Of a stretch of 64,000 nucleotides of DNA, positions 63,525 through 64,000 are shown in pieces. The translations under genes and the position numbers were made by a program. Under the pieces are notes generated by a model, which saw only the letters and a program-made list of their open reading frames with translations, searched no databases and was not told where the DNA came from. Within the stretch, counting starts at the first letter, position 1, and the number at the start of each line of letters is the position of its first letter. Source of the DNA: Octopus bimaculoides (Eukaryota); NCBI RefSeq assembly GCF_001194135.2, contig NC_069001.1, positions 26,364,964 through 26,428,963 of the forward strand, given 5' to 3'.

Positions 63525-63965
63525 TTTGTGGTACCAAGCTTGCTTCCTAACCACGTGTTTTCGGGTTCAGTCCCACTGAAATAAAACTTTGTACAAGTAT
63601 TTTCTACTATAGGCCCTAGCTGACCGAAGCCTTGAGTGTGGATTTGGTAAATGGAAACTGAAGAACGCTGTTTCCTCTTTCTCTCTCCCCATTTTTTTCT
63701 CGTATATATGTATATATATACATGTGTGTGTGTGTGTGTGTCTTTTTTTATGCGTATGTCTTTGTTTGTGTCAGTTCCGCATCAGAGCTTGATAACTGTT
63801 GCTGGTTTGTTTACGTCCTGTTGCGATTCAACAACAGCCCGATATAATAATACCAGGTTTAAAAAATAGTGCCAGGGTCAATTTGCTCAAGTAACAAGAC
63901 ATAAAAAACCTTGACGGCGGTGCCCCAGCATAGCCGCAGTCCTATGATTGGAAGAAGTAAAAAAT
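63525..63965 (+). mobile_element. Full-length degenerate family B SINE
   Basis: CGGGTTCAGTCCCACT B-box, GGATTTGGTAAATGGAAACTGAAG, internal (TA)/(TG) microsatellite, tail GCGGTGCCCCAGCATAGCCGCAGTC. Confidence 0.85.
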
Positions 63966-64000
63966 GAAAGAACGCATAAACATATCCATACACACCAACA

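Overview
AT-rich eukaryotic genomic DNA with many microsatellites and about 14 N gaps, nearly all flanked by microsatellites or low-complexity tracts. The repeat families match my recollection of Octopus (coleoid cephalopod) SINEs and MITEs, so the organism is inferred, not searched. The only well-supported host coding sequence is a + strand first coding exon at 8501-8609 (signal peptide, then LPATIRVG, phase-1 GTAAGT donor). It is typical of invertebrate kainate/AMPA-type ionotropic glutamate receptors. I found no matching exon 2, so 8610-64000 is probably one giant first intron. The first ~11 kb has few transposons and many trinucleotide tracts, and may hold a divergent first exon on the - strand (786->239). 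The intron holds at least three tRNA-derived SINE families and remnants of RTE, R4/Dong-like, CR1/L2-like and Penelope retroelements. It also holds Tc1 and mariner transposase fossils, Tc1/mariner and hAT MITEs with intact TSDs, and a Helentron-type HINE. The best unexplained signals are a chain of four canonically flanked, frame-compatible candidate exons antisense to the intron (14522->12120), a ~300 bp fold-back inverted repeat (40552-40850), and dispersed repeats with hammerhead-ribozyme-like motifs. Nearly all ORF-track entries are microsatellite, gap or repeat artefacts. No CRISPR array, rRNA or true tRNA gene was seen.
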